This document shows positions 10,375 to 22,539 of a stretch of 64,000 bases of DNA, one piece after another. The position numbers were made by a program, and so were the translations under genes. This DNA comes from Lepidodermella squamata (taxonomy: Eukaryota; Animalia; Gastrotricha): contig JBLDXI010000021.1 in NCBI GenBank assembly GCA_047495785.1, positions 1,798,001 to 1,862,000 of the forward strand, written 5' to 3'. The stretch's first letter is position 1. Each line of letters starts with the position of its first letter. Below the pieces are notes generated by a model. That model made no database searches and was not told the DNA's origin. It saw nothing but the letters and a program-made list of their open reading frames with translations.

Positions 10375-11084
10375 CATAGTACTCGAGAGGAAGCTACATA
10401 GTAAACATAGTAAACATAGTAATTTTGCATAATAACACTTTTAAGTTGGATTTTTTAAAAGATGCGAGCGAAGCGAGCTCTGCATTCTGGCGACCGAAAA
10501 CCTTGCCCCGCCGTGAAACGCGAGCAAAGCGAGCATCACGGGGCAAATCCAGCGAGAAAATCCATTGAAATACTGTGCTGCGACCGTCGAACGGTAGAGC
10601 AAAGCTAGATTGGTAATGTTTACTCCAAGGTCAACACCTTGCAATCACGAGAAAATCCCTGTAGTCATTTCAATTTCTATTCCAGAATCGCATAGAAAAT
10701 GCATTTTGGAAACCATCAAAATAAGTGAAATCCCTGCTTAGATTAGTTTAAAGCGAATGATTCTCAAACATTCGCTCATTTTTTATGCTTCCGACACCGA
10801 AACTGGCTGAGAAACTCCGAAAAATTGAGCTCTCAGCGACGCGAAAAGCGGTTCAGAATAACCCATAGAGAACAGAAGTAACTTCTGTTCTCTATGGGTT
10901 ATTCGGTCGCATGAAGTACTTCTGTTCTCTATGGAATAACCAGATTGCAAATTTTGAGCTTTTTATTTTTAAGATGGATTTTTTATTTTCGTGAAATCAC
11001 ACTTCCTATGTGATTTTTCGCATTTTTTAGGGGTATTTACCCACGTAAAACGAAGAGGGTAACAGCTTCCTCCCGAGTACTATG
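10375..11084. mobile_element. Non-autonomous DNA element with 21-bp CATAG-type TIRs
   Basis: catagtactcgagaggaagct (10375-10395) vs agcttcctcccgagtactatg (11064-11084), 1 mismatch. No TSD recognisable. Internal GCGAGCGAAGCGAGC motifs. Confidence 0.65.
10864..10933. mobile_element. Complex P-type excision footprint
   Basis: gaataacc | catagagaacagaagta + acttctgttctctatg | ggttattc + 12 nt + tacttctgttctctatg | gaataacc. This is an 8-bp TSD, 16-17 nt TIR stubs and an inverted copy of the TSD. Confidence 0.65.
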
Positions 11085-11088
11085 TAAA

Positions 11089-11200
11089 ATAGAGCCCTAG
11101 AGGAGGCTAGTTTCGAGGAAAAATCACATAATAAGCCTCGGCTACGCCTCGTCTTATTATGTGAGTTTTTCCTCGAAACTAGCCTCCTCTAGGGCTCTAT
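11089..11200. repeat. Near-perfect palindromic element (47-bp arms, 17-nt loop CCTCGGCTACGCCTCGT)
   Basis: atagagccctagaggaggctagtttcgaggaaaaatcacataataag and its reverse complement with a single bulged base. Confidence 0.9.
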
Positions 11201-11475
11201 CTATACATAACAATCCATTACAAATGACGAGACTCCCGTACTAAGTGGGGTTAGTGCTGATGAAAACCCGCAGCTACGTTCAATGCGGTTGCCAAGTTCA
11301 ATTCGGTGACTTTAATATTGTGCACAAAGCTTCATAATAACTCGCAGGAACCGAACTTGCATGACTTCTACAGTCCGCTTATACCATAGCGTTGCACTGA
11401 CTTTCGACCACCCTCCCATCTCGGTACATATCAAACATCGCATCGGTTGAGGCATGGGTTGAGGGAGACCTTGAG

Positions 11476-11878
11476 CACGACCTTGAGGGAGGGTACTGAC
11501 AAGCCGGGCGCCGCGAACGACTCAACGACATTACCATAAAGTCAGCGTAGTTGCTAGTCCGACAAGCATCCAAGAGGACTGTACTGGATGCACAACCCTT
11601 CTGCTGAACGCCCCTAACGGGCTTGACTGAGGATGACGACAAACGATTTAGATGTTGGTTCCTCTGAGCATTCCGACCATTAGAGGAATATGGCCACCCA
11701 AGTCTACGCCCTTAAGCGGTGGCTGCGGGCGTATCCGTGTCAGAAGCTCGAAATCGAAAGTCGCACCACATCAGCTAGTCAAAACCTTAAGCTAAAAGCA
11801 TCCAAGAGCGAAACCAGTGAGTCTGTCGGTTGATCGCACGATTGTGCGCACATCTAAGGCCTCTCCCTCAAGGTCATG
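11476..11878. mobile_element. Possible ~400-bp element bounded by 16-bp inverted repeats
   Basis: cacgaccttgagggag (11476-11491) vs ctccctcaaggtcatg (11863-11878), 15/16. Internal direct repeat aagcatccaagag. No TSD seen. Confidence 0.4.
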
Positions 11879-12081
11879 CGATAACATGCGATAAATAGCA
11901 CTATTTGTACTATTACACTATATAAATTACACTTATGGTTTTTTATTTTTTTTGGATTTATATTTTATATTTTGGATTTGTACTTTTTGTTACTTAGTTA
12001 CGGCTACTAACTTACGCTACCGGGGCCAGTGGAGTAGTGACATTTTCTTCGCGGCGCGATTGCAGACGAGCTCAATTTGAA

Positions 12082-13623
12082 ATGAGGAAAGCTACATGGC
12101 GATCAGAATGTTCTGATAGATGTTCTTCGGCTCAAGATGCAGCTCTCTCATCATCAATTTTTATTCTGACTGAGTTCGGCCCGACTTGTTTTGGCGTCAG
12201 GGAAGATGGCAATCGAGCTAATCTGCAAGTTAGAATCGGAGATTCACATACCTGCACTTGTACCGACTTTCGGAAAACTTCTTCCGAATTATGCAAACAT
12301 ATATGCTGGGTATTGCTGAAAAAGTTTCGAGTACCTCGCGAAGATCCTTGTAAGTTTATTATTCCTCTAGTTTCGATAAATAGGTACTAATATAGGCTTC
12401 GTCTTCAATAGTGAGCTGGCAACTTGGACTTGTTGAGAGTGAAATTGATAGCCTGCTGAGAGGATATCAAAATCGTACCAAGAGACAGCTTCCGTCACTT
12501 CCCATCCCCAAGCCGCAACATGATTCTGCTGATGATGGCAGTTTGGCTCAGCGGAAGCTAGAAAAAGAGGATATTTGTCCTGTTTGCCAAGATGACTTTT
12601 TCACAAAAGTTCGGAAACCAGTAACTTATTGCAGGTTGGATTTGTTGTCTAATGCTCTTAGTTTTAATGATTATGCGCCTTTCTCTCAGATTTGGCTGTG
12701 GTAACAGCGTTCATTTTCATTGCATGAAGTTATGGGCTGAGCACCAGCAAGGTGACAGCTCTTCGGGACTTCGTAAACCTAACAAGGATGGAATTATTTC
12801 TTGTCCTGTTTGCCGAGGAAAGTTCTGTTCGGCTGCTGCATTGAGGCTCGAATTGCTGGCAGTCAGAGAGTACATGAATAGTCGGAATAGCGCGAGCGCT
12901 AAAGCTCAGCCTGTATTCTCTGGCAATAGCACCGTCTTTCCGTTCTTGTCCGTTCAGTCCATTTCATCTTCTGGCAACACTGCTGATCATGTGGATCCCC
13001 TTGTAAACAGGGACGCGCAACACCAATCTAGCGTCTTAAAAGTCATAAATATGAGTGATTCATCGAAATTTGCCTCGAATGTAAACTTCTCAGCGGACCT
13101 CGAAGTCAAAGAGGTGCGTATATCGTTCAAGAAACCGAAGCCTGGGTTACAATGCATCATTTGCTTGACATGGCTGAAGAAGGGTTTGATTGTCTGGCAA
13201 CTTCCCTGCCGGCACTTTTTCCACAAGGAGTGCATTCAAAATATATCAGAGTTGGAATGCGCGATTTGTGCTCAGCCATTTGCTTTTCCTCGTCCGGTAG
13301 CAACATCTGCCCCTGCGACACAGTCAGCTCTACATCAAAAGCCGAACGGTTTCCACGGACAAAAACAAAAAGTTAGAGCTTTCCCAGAGAATTCAACTCA
13401 GTCAAGGCAATATTGTGATTTATCAATTGGGCAATTTGTTCAAGAGATTAAACTGCCTGCATCCTTTAAAGGGCAGAGCCGTATTGCCAAATCAAGTTTA
13501 TCGTCCTATTCTGCTGCTAAAGAAGGTCGAAGGGGAACGATCGGGCAATTGGAGCGACATAAAAATGTGACACCATTTACGTTTTGCGTCAATGCTACAC
13601 AAGTAGCTTATGCAAGGCCTTGA
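12082..13623 (+). CDS. ZSWIM2: ZSWIM2-like E3 ubiquitin ligase (SWIM + two RINGs); exons 12082-12349, 12412-12634, 12690-13623
   Basis: SWIM CTCTDF...LCKHICWVLLKKF; WQLGLVESEI; RING1 CPVCQDDF...YCRFGCGNSVHFHCMKLWAEHQ...CPVCR; RING2 CIIC...LPCRHFFHKECI...CAIC. In-frame GT-AG introns; AATAAA at ~13646. Confidence 0.85.
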
Positions 13624-14687
13624 TTAAATCGTAACCGTATTTTTCAATAAAAGCTCAGTTTCATTCAGTAATTTTTATTGGCAGGCGTCTTCTGGACATC
13701 AAGATTTAGATTGTGATATTATTACAAAGAATGAGACAGCAATATCGCGTATTGAAGTCCGCATTGCCTTAAGAGACATAATTATACACAAGCACAATCT
13801 CACACCGTATATCAGAAATGCCGGCAACTATCAATATTTGAAGAATGACTTAAAAGAGAACCAACACTGAAACGAAAACAACTCAATAAAATGTATTACG
13901 CATAATATCGAACTCAAACATAAAAAAGCATTCACTTACGAGAACGACAATACGAAATTAAGCTAAGGAGAAGTTTTACGAGGCGCTTTACTGCTGGGCA
14001 GACTTGCCACTTGCGATGAGGATAAAACTTGCTTGCAGCACAGCATGCTTCAAAACTGAGTTCATCGGACAATGCTCAGAAGTCACTAGAATATATCGTT
14101 TAAATCGTAAGTATAGTTTCAGTACCAAGTTTTAATATACGGAAACACAGTACTTGATTCAATTTTTACGAACCATTTCGTACGCATTTTAACGTTCCGT
14201 TTCAATAGGCCAGAACAAGCCAATTAAAAGCCCATACAGGAGGCTCCTTTACGAACTACGAACTACGAGCTGTGTAATGATAACCGGGAATTCAGAAAAG
14301 CGTTGGTTCAATAGACTAAGGCGGCTGTGATTCATCACACTGCTGAAAAATCGCTGCCGCGTACAGCAACTCACGACCCAACACTAAGTTAATTCATAAA
14401 CAAGAGATACCAGTACAACTAAACGGTTTTAAACGTTTCTAACAAGTAAAAGTGCACAAACTGCAATTTATGAGGTTTACGGAGTCATGATTTTTTGAGC
14501 TTTTTACTTGAGACGCCGTCCATTCTCTCGAATTCTAGTAAGAAATTTACATTCAAATGTAAGCAAAAGATGTAGTAATAAAATAGAAGCGGTAATAATA
14601 GCCATTCAGAGAGAAACACTCGGAAGTCAATGATGAAGTACACGTCGACACGTTGAAATAATTTATCCAGTGTACAATCAGCGTTCG

Positions 14688-17600
14688 TTACTTTTGAAGA
14701 AATGCGTATACACATCCGCCACTTTGTTCGAGACTCGCAAGCCGCCGTTTTGCAGCCTCAGCCCACCGAGTCAAATTCCGCTTAGCAGAAGCATCAGATG
14801 TGATCTGGTTGAAAGAACCAAAGTTGAACTGCTTTACGTAAAGACAATATAAAAATTACCTGAACTAGGGCATGGAATAAAATAAGAGCCGCTTGATAGC
14901 GATGGAAAGTCCTTCTTGCAACTAGTTGTTGAGGAGGGCCCCCGGCGGTGGAAGCACTTAGTTCGTCCAGAACTGCGGACTCACACATGCGAAGAGCATG
15001 GGCGTACAACAAGCGGTAGGCTGTTGGTTGAGTATCTGCATCCCCACCTTGCGGAGCAGCGCCTACTCCTTTACCGGCCAATAATCTAGCCTGGTCGAGG
15101 CAAGCGTGGTGATATTGGTTGAGGGTTCGCAGCAGCGATTTGACTGTTGCGGTGGGACACAGCCGGTCGCTTTCCAGTTCTGACTGAGCTAGTTGAAACG
15201 CGGTGGTGAGTACGTGAAGACAATAAAAGTAGAGCACCAGTTGATCTGCTGGTTTACAACAAGCAATATCTGGGTCGATCCAGTCCGGAACCTGCTCACC
15301 ATTTGCATCCATGGTGCCGTCTTCGTCAGGGACAACAGCCCCATGATGATCAGAAGCGACGGAAGATGACGAGCCATTGACAGACATATAGCGTCGCCCA
15401 GTGTGGATGAGTTGCAAAACACATTCGACCAGTGCTTGACAGAAACTGAGCTTTTGGACGTTTTCGTTATGTTCAGTGGACATGACGGTGTCCTCGACCA
15501 ACTCAGGCGCCAACCACGCGACTGGACCTTCCGCCCATGGATCGACAGCTAGCGCTGCCATGCTTTGTCGACGCTGCTGCGATTGCGGCAGGCTGCTACC
15601 GTATGCTGTCATCATCGGTGGCTGAAAATTGGCACTGCCTGGCGAAGAACTCGAGCCAACAGGGGAGGACGTGGCTCCAACACCTTGGTTGCGCCCTGGG
15701 CTACCGCTTGCACCCTGAGTACCAACAAATACAAAATTATGTCCGAGCGAGGCCCCTGTTCCGCTTGGCACAGTGCGGAACGGTGGCGACGGGGCCGGAG
15801 GTGGGCTGGCGGCAAGTTGATAGTTGTAGACGCCAAACATGGTTGGTGAGGGTGGAGGTGGAGATGGGCCAACAACAAGAGGAATCGGCCGAACGTCATG
15901 GCGTTTTGAGCGGCTCGCAGCGACGTAAGGACCAACTTGCTGGTGATGAGACGTTGGACCCCCAACTAGAGGGCCAGGTGCGGTTGAGTGCACAGCAACG
16001 CGCATAGCATTGTTAGCGGTGGGCAAAACGAAAGCTCGAGTTGGCGGCGATGGTAGTGATCCCGCAACATGGCCCTGAAAAGGCGGCGAGGGCGACGGTG
16101 GTGACGTCGCCTGGTTCGCCAGCATTTGTTGCTGGTTACGGTAGCGATAGACAGCCATGTCACGAGCTGCGGTCGAGGATAATAAGGTGTTGCTTGGCGA
16201 TGCAGCCGCTGGGGGCGTTGACACTCTATGGTCCTCGTCTTCGGTTTGCTGCGACGGCGCACCGCTCATTTGATACGAACCTGGTGTAGGAGCACGCGCT
16301 CCGCTTCTAGTTGCTGCCGACGAAGCAACAACCATGCCCTGTCCGCTTCTACCCGGCACACTGCCTGGCATTTGTAGCGACGACGAGGAACCCGAAGACA
16401 TAGGAGAGCCGCTGTCGAGCTGTGGTTTGCTCGAAGATATTGCTCCTTGAATATCACGAGAAGGCGAGATAGGACCGCGAGTTTGTTGGGGCACAACAGC
16501 CTCATTTGGAACACTTTCAGGAACAACCACATAGTCATCCAGCGCTGGGCTCGCAGGACGTTGCATGGGCACTTGTGCTGGGGCGGAAGATGCTTCACTC
16601 ATCTGTCGGCTCGGTTCAAGCGCCAACGGTGCCGGGATCAATAGATCAGGCTGTAATTGTGACCGAATTTCATAATGAAATAAAATCAATGCATTCAAAG
16701 CTTACCGGTTCTGAAGCAGTGACAACTTTTTCAATCGTCACAAGTTTCACAAAAGGATGCGAATAGAAATCTTCAAACTCGATGCGATCCCTCGCATTTC
16801 GCCGAAGCAAACGTAGCAATAGATCTCGCAGCTCTGGCGAAGTTCCGGGTGGAATATTAGGCGCCAAATTAGCGCCAGCCCGCTCGTAGAACTGTTTAAG
16901 TTGTTGCGGGGTTTGCGCCTGGAATGGAGCTCGACCAGTCAGACATTGGTATAGAATCGTTCCGATGGACCACAAATCCGCTTTCGCGCAATACTGAACG
17001 GACATTATTACTTCGGGTGCCATGTACATGGGAGAACCACATAAAGTAGCTGCCATGACTCCATCTTCAAGAAACCTCGCAAAACCGAAGTCAGCTATAA
17101 AAAGAAACCAGCGTATCAAATTGAGGATGCGGTCCGTAATGTTAACAAACCTATTTTGATAGTTATCTGCGATGGGGGAACATTAGTCATTCCGGGCGGA
17201 TAACATAGCAATAAATTCTGAGGTTTAAGATCCCGATGAACGATTCCCTTGGCATTTAATGCTCGAACGGCTGCAGCAATTTGTCGGACAAAAAGGCTAA
17301 TGGTGTCCTCACTCAAAGTTCCTTTGAGCTGAAGGTAGTCGGCTGAAATAATAGACAAAATTGAAAGAAACTCGTTTTAACGCATCAACTTACCAAGATC
17401 GCCTCCATTACAGTAATCCATCTATAAAAAACCATGATTAATAATGACATGAGTCTTATCTTTCATGATTAACTTACAACAAGGTGAACGTGGTTTTGAT
17501 TTTCCTGCGAAGGGAGGAAAAGAGATGTAAGTTCAATGTGGTTTGCATTCAAGGAAATTGATATATTTGACAACATATTCCTCGCATAATGCCTGATAAG

Positions 17601-18080
17601 AGACCCAAATGACCGAAAATTCACACGATCAATAATTGAGCAAAGGGAGCGAAAATATGGCATCACTTTCAACGGATGATTTCGCGCAAATGGTGAAAAT
17701 GAGCTCAGGCGCTATATGAATATAATAACTAGAAAACAAACCTTGCAGTCAAACAAGCGAACGACATTTTCGTGACGCAGATCCGATAATTCCTGAGTAA
17801 TAGATACATTAAATGTCGATTATGGTACACAAACTATAGTTCTCACCTTAAGAATTTTAATCTCTTTCGCTAACAAATTCTGAGATTTATATAGATTCTT
17901 TTTCGTTATACTTTTGATTGCACATGGGGCGCCAGTCTGAAAAATATGAAAATAAGTTTCTAAATTATTTACATATGACGGCCACAATACCTTTCTATGT
18001 CGCCCTTTAAACACAACAGCAAAAGCTCCATGGCCGATTAGATCTTTTAAGCTGAATTCATAATCACCAATCACTTCCAT
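14688..18080 (-). CDS. ULK1: Serine/threonine kinase ULK1/ULK2 (Atg1/unc-51), multi-exon
   Basis: [62 protein letters not shown]; long Pro/Ser-rich linker; C-terminal tandem MIT-like region ([14 protein letters not shown]...). Last exon 14804-14688. Confidence 0.95.
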
Positions 18081-19069
18081 AACCGATAATAATCTAAAGG
18101 AGAAGAGTTATAACAGTCTAGGGGTAAGGAAATTGTCTTGTTCTAAGTCCAATGTAAACTGAGATTAACTGAGTAAACTCATAACGCTTCAACATCAAGC
18201 ACGAAAACATCTCCTCGGTCCGCGAGTAATCGTTAATTTCAGATGACGTATACGAATGATTTCATGATAATTTTTTGGAATTTAAACAAAGCGCATAACG
18301 AATAATGATTAATGGTCGAAGAGCGGGTCAGTATATAACAATTTCGAGTCTTAGACTCTTTACATGTTACTTGACTAGCGATCCGATGCTATCCTTAGTC
18401 CTTAGGTGTTAGTGATTACGTGTTGTTACCAACCTCAATTCAAAGCAATACAACGTAATACGCAGTAAGTTAATAAATGAATCTTCGAAGCTTCGACGCG
18501 ATTAGGCAGAGTCGGGAAGGTCGCCAGAAGATCAATTTTGCTAGATTGAGGTTGTAATTCAACTTGCAAGATCAACTTGCAAGAAAACATATAAGCTGGG
18601 AAGTTCGAAGTTCGGCAAAGTTATTTGGCACGCGAAAAATAGAACAAAACAGAAAACAAACAAGCAAACTCTGAGGACATTCGACATTCGGAGGCGCGAA
18701 CAGTGTACATGTTGCCAAAAAATTGGCTCATAACCAGCGGCTATGAAACGTACAAACCGAGTGCATTCACAATGCCTTTGTTTGACCGCACAGTGAACTC
18801 GTCCAAAAGTTCGAGGCTTAATTTTTCATTCGAAACTATTTCTAACACTAACTTTTCTATTAAAAAATAGTTATTTAAAAAAATTTATCAAAATTTAAAA
18901 CGTTCAATGATGCATTTTAGTCGCATGTATTTCTAATATATTTCGATTTCAACTGTTCCAAGCGCTACTCGCGAGTTACTTCGTTGTACTTGGCGGAAGA
19001 ATCCAGCAGAATATACTTCCACTTATCCAATTTACTTCTTTTTTGTTACATATTGAGGCCTAGTCGATG

Positions 19070-19700
19070 GAAAACTACATCAAAGTCGCATCCGTATCAA
19101 TAGATTTGTCGAACGCTACACCCGTTGGGCATGCCGTTGGGAGTTGAAGCTTCTTTGGCAAACGCTTGTTTTGACGATCATGCTGTGAAGCTAATGGGAA
19201 GGTTTCTTTCTCAAAGATATCAAATCACAAAATTGAATGGCTCTATTTCGTCCAGCACCGGAATAGCGTATGGTGTCCCACAAGGTAGAGTTATTGGCCC
19301 GCTTTTGTTTACCCATCTACGTGAACGATATCGCCGCGATTGCATTGAACTCAGCGATCATTTCACACGCGGATGAGACGACTATCTACCGTGCCGACCG
19401 CGTCTATCATTTGGACCAAACAGGTTTCAAGCTGATATTAATAAGGTCAGCAAATGACTGGGCAACAACAGCCTGATGGAAGTTTCAGCTTATGATACTC
19501 GGCGAAGAAGACGTAACAGGGCTCAAGATAGTTATCAAGGAAGCGGTGCCTCTACCAGCTGAAAAAAGGAAATTCTCGGATTTGTTCTCGACCGATAGCT
19601 TCTCTTCAAGGAGCAAATTGATGCGATGAGAAATCGAGCACGGCGTGGCCTGTATGCGCTGAAGCTTGCCTCAAAATACTTTTCGGAAATAGCCTATCGC
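19070..19700 (+). pseudogene. Decayed LINE RT fragment related to the 5.5-8.9 kb element
   Basis: SIDLSN, YGVPQGRVIGPLLF, HADE (for YADD) and RARRGLYALKLA (cf. KARRGLYALRLA), broken by frameshifts and stops. Confidence 0.85.
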
Positions 19701-20913
19701 AGCAGCAAGATGATTAATTCTTTCCTCTACGAACCTGTTAAATGAAAAATCCTAAACCTTAAAACACATATCCAAAGAAATTCTAGTTACTCCAGTGTCG
19801 TTATGGCAACTGTAATTTATAAATAACAGCGGGTTTTTGTTGTTTATAACAATAAAATATATATGGTTGAACTACATCAGCGTTGACGGAAGTTCCGAAT
19901 GAAAGCTCTGAGAAACCACTTTCGAGAGAGCATGTGTTCAGTTTTATCAAGGTTGATGTCTTCCAGCTGAAAGTCTAACAGTTTGCTAATACCAATAGAT
20001 TGCTACACCGCGAGGTGTTGAACGTTGAACCCAAGACGTACTGTCTGTAAGCTACCGCTTTTCAAATTCAACTGCATATCACATGAAAATGTGCAAATCA
20101 AGTATACGTTTCTTGTAAATGACCAGATATTATCATGAGGAATTTCATTGCCGCAATGCTAGCCGAAAGCAACCAAAGAAGTTTAACTCGCGACACCGCC
20201 ATTTATTGATGAAATAATACCGACACCTTCACAGCAGTAATTCCGCAACAGAGGTTTGGATCGCAACATGGCGAAAACTACGGGGCGAAATTTTAATATG
20301 GCGTTTTACAGAAATGACGCAATATCACAATCCGTAATTTACTACAAATCATTACTACCGACAGAGGGCATTCAGATCTTCCAACATATCGGCAATAAAC
20401 TAAAACAAGATGCGGAAAAGAGGAAAAAAATGATCACTCAAAAGATTAAATATAACTTTCGCTCAATATAGCGCATCGAAGAAGAAATCACACAAAATTT
20501 CCCTCGCACGACAGGTTCGATCGACACCCACGTTGATAATAACAACTCACCGCGCTCGGGTGCGATTTCATGTATCATGTAAAAAGAAACAAAACATCAC
20601 ACGATGGAAAGTCAACTATCAATTATATTTATGCGTTAAATAGACAGGAAACCAAACAAATTCAGGAGAAAACACGTTTCACGCGATCGAATGGGTATGA
20701 TAGGCTCCTTTACAGTATGTATTTACAATCTGCACCAGAGAGTTTGATTGTTGACTAAGGATCTATGCATGAGAATTGGTCAGTTCGGAACTACAACTAG
20801 GTATCAGGCGCCTCATCTCCGGAAGTAAAGCTAATCGTGGTGCATGATGAGGCATGGCAGTTAAAAACCATGTGTTGAAGAAAAATGTAAATTCCATTGA
20901 GAGAGAAACGATT

Positions 20914-22539
20914 TCACGCTCTCTTCTGCTCAGGTACGACAAGGAAGAGTTTTTGGCAGAAAAGAGTGAATCGCGCGATAAGCTTCACAAAGCTACGCGG
21001 CTTGTTTTTCCAAACAACGCCCAGCAAGTACACAGGAATGCCAGTCGTCAAAATGATGAATCCCATGAGGGCCTCTTTGGGCTTATCGTAGACAGGAACG
21101 ATTGTGATGGCCATCGTGAAAATGACGTAAATGATCGGAAATCCGAGCCAAACTTTGAGTGGCCTCGGAAGATTCGGTTGAGTCCATCGCAGCACTATCA
21201 GACCGAAAACGGAGGCACCAACAGCGAACCAAACGATGAAACTTGAATAAAGAATGAGCAAGGAGATATCGCTGGAAAAAATTAGCATCGATGCAGAAAG
21301 ACCGCCAATCAGAACTACGGCGGGAATCGGAGTTTTGCGGCTGTAGGATACCATGTTCAATACAATAGGCATGTGACCTTCGCGAGCGCCAACAAAAAAC
21401 AGGCTTTAAAAATAATACAAATTTAGATACAAATTTAAGTATAGTGGTAAGAACTAACCGGGAGCTAGTGAACAGAATTCCGTTCACAGTGCCGAAACAA
21501 GAGAGAGACACAAAAACAGGCATGAGCCACCACATAACACCATACAGCTGCTCTCCGAACATCAAAGCGACGGCACGGGAGAACTTGATGTCCTCGGGTG
21601 ATACTGTGGTCAAATAAGCGACATTGGTCAACACGTAAATAAGCGTGCAAGTGACCAAGCTGATTCCAATGGCTTTTGTCAAATTTTTCTGAGGCTCCTT
21701 CAACTCTTCAATAACGTAGTTCAAAAAGTTCCAGCCGTTATAGGCAAACAAGCCTTCGTAGATTGCAAGAGAAACTTTTGTAGCACCTGTTTTTTCTATC
21801 CCCTCCCAGGGCGATAGAAAATTCTGGTAGTGACCAAGGCAGAGTTGAACAATGCCAGTAACGATGATGAGCAAAAGAGCGAGAACCTTAGCGTAAGTAA
21901 ATACGTCTTGAATGATGGAAGTGAGTCGAATACTCCAGCAATTGACAAATGTGATAACGAGAATGCAAAACGCTGCCAGCATAACTATGGGCGTTTTCAA
22001 GTCGTCCGTTGAAATATCCTTTTCACACGTAAAAATTGGCCGAATAACGTATTGAGCGAATGTCAATGATACAATGGCAATTAAAGACGGGCGAATAACA
22101 ATAATTTCGACCCACATTCGAAGGAATGCCAGGAAGGGTCCGAAAGCCTCCATAATATAGGCGTAATCAGCCCCGGAACGTGTGATGGTCATACCCAATT
22201 CGGCATAGCAGTAAGCGCCAATCATCGAAATAAAACCACAGAATGCCCAGACTATCAAACTCAAGCCGACACTCTCGGTATTAGTCAGAACTCCACCAGG
22301 GGTGATAAAAATGCCAGATCCTAGATGAAAAAACCGATGAAAAATCAATCAATACTCAACAGCAAGGTGAAATGCGCACCTATAATGCAGCCGATGATGA
22401 CGGTGCATCCATTGATGAGACCAAGCTTCGGCTTCAAAGTCGCAGATTCCTCTGATTCAGCAGCGGCCGCCGCAGCCGCTGCTGCTGCTGCATTTTTGTC
22501 TTTGATCGCAATTTCTGGTACCTCGCCAGAGGATGCCAT
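20914..22539 (-). CDS. SLC7 L-type (LAT/y+LAT) amino acid transporter light chain, 3 coding exons
   Basis: LGLINGCTVIIGCIIGSGIFITPGGV, GAYCYAELG..I.RSGADYAYI, GLFAYNGWNFLNYVIEELKEPQKNL, SSRLFFVGAREGHMP, W..PNLPRPLKV. Introns 22379-22321 and ~21458-21404. Confidence 0.95.

Larger units (their letters stand above)
9736..11290. repeat. Degenerate ~80-bp inverted repeat pair (9736-9819 / 11211-11290) enclosing a MITE cluster
   Basis: The reverse complement of 11211-11290 (aaccgcattgaacgtagctgcgggttttcatcagcactaacccc...) aligns with 9736-9819 (aaccgtattgaatctagcagcgggttttcatcagccctaactccc...). Confidence 0.8.

Noticed and set aside
11220-11265. ATGA...TGAT pairing resembling a SECIS element or C/D box
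   Set aside because: Helix II pairs poorly, there is no selenoprotein ORF nearby, and it is too short for a snoRNA.
17505-17741. The longer ULK1 intron is open in frame for 69 codons (possible alternative acceptor at 17712)
   Set aside because: It would need a 30-nt intron, shorter than others seen here, and would insert into the kinase N-lobe; probably chance.
22460-22492. Poly-Ala run in the SLC7 N-terminus
   Set aside because: Ordinary low-complexity coding repeat with mixed codons.
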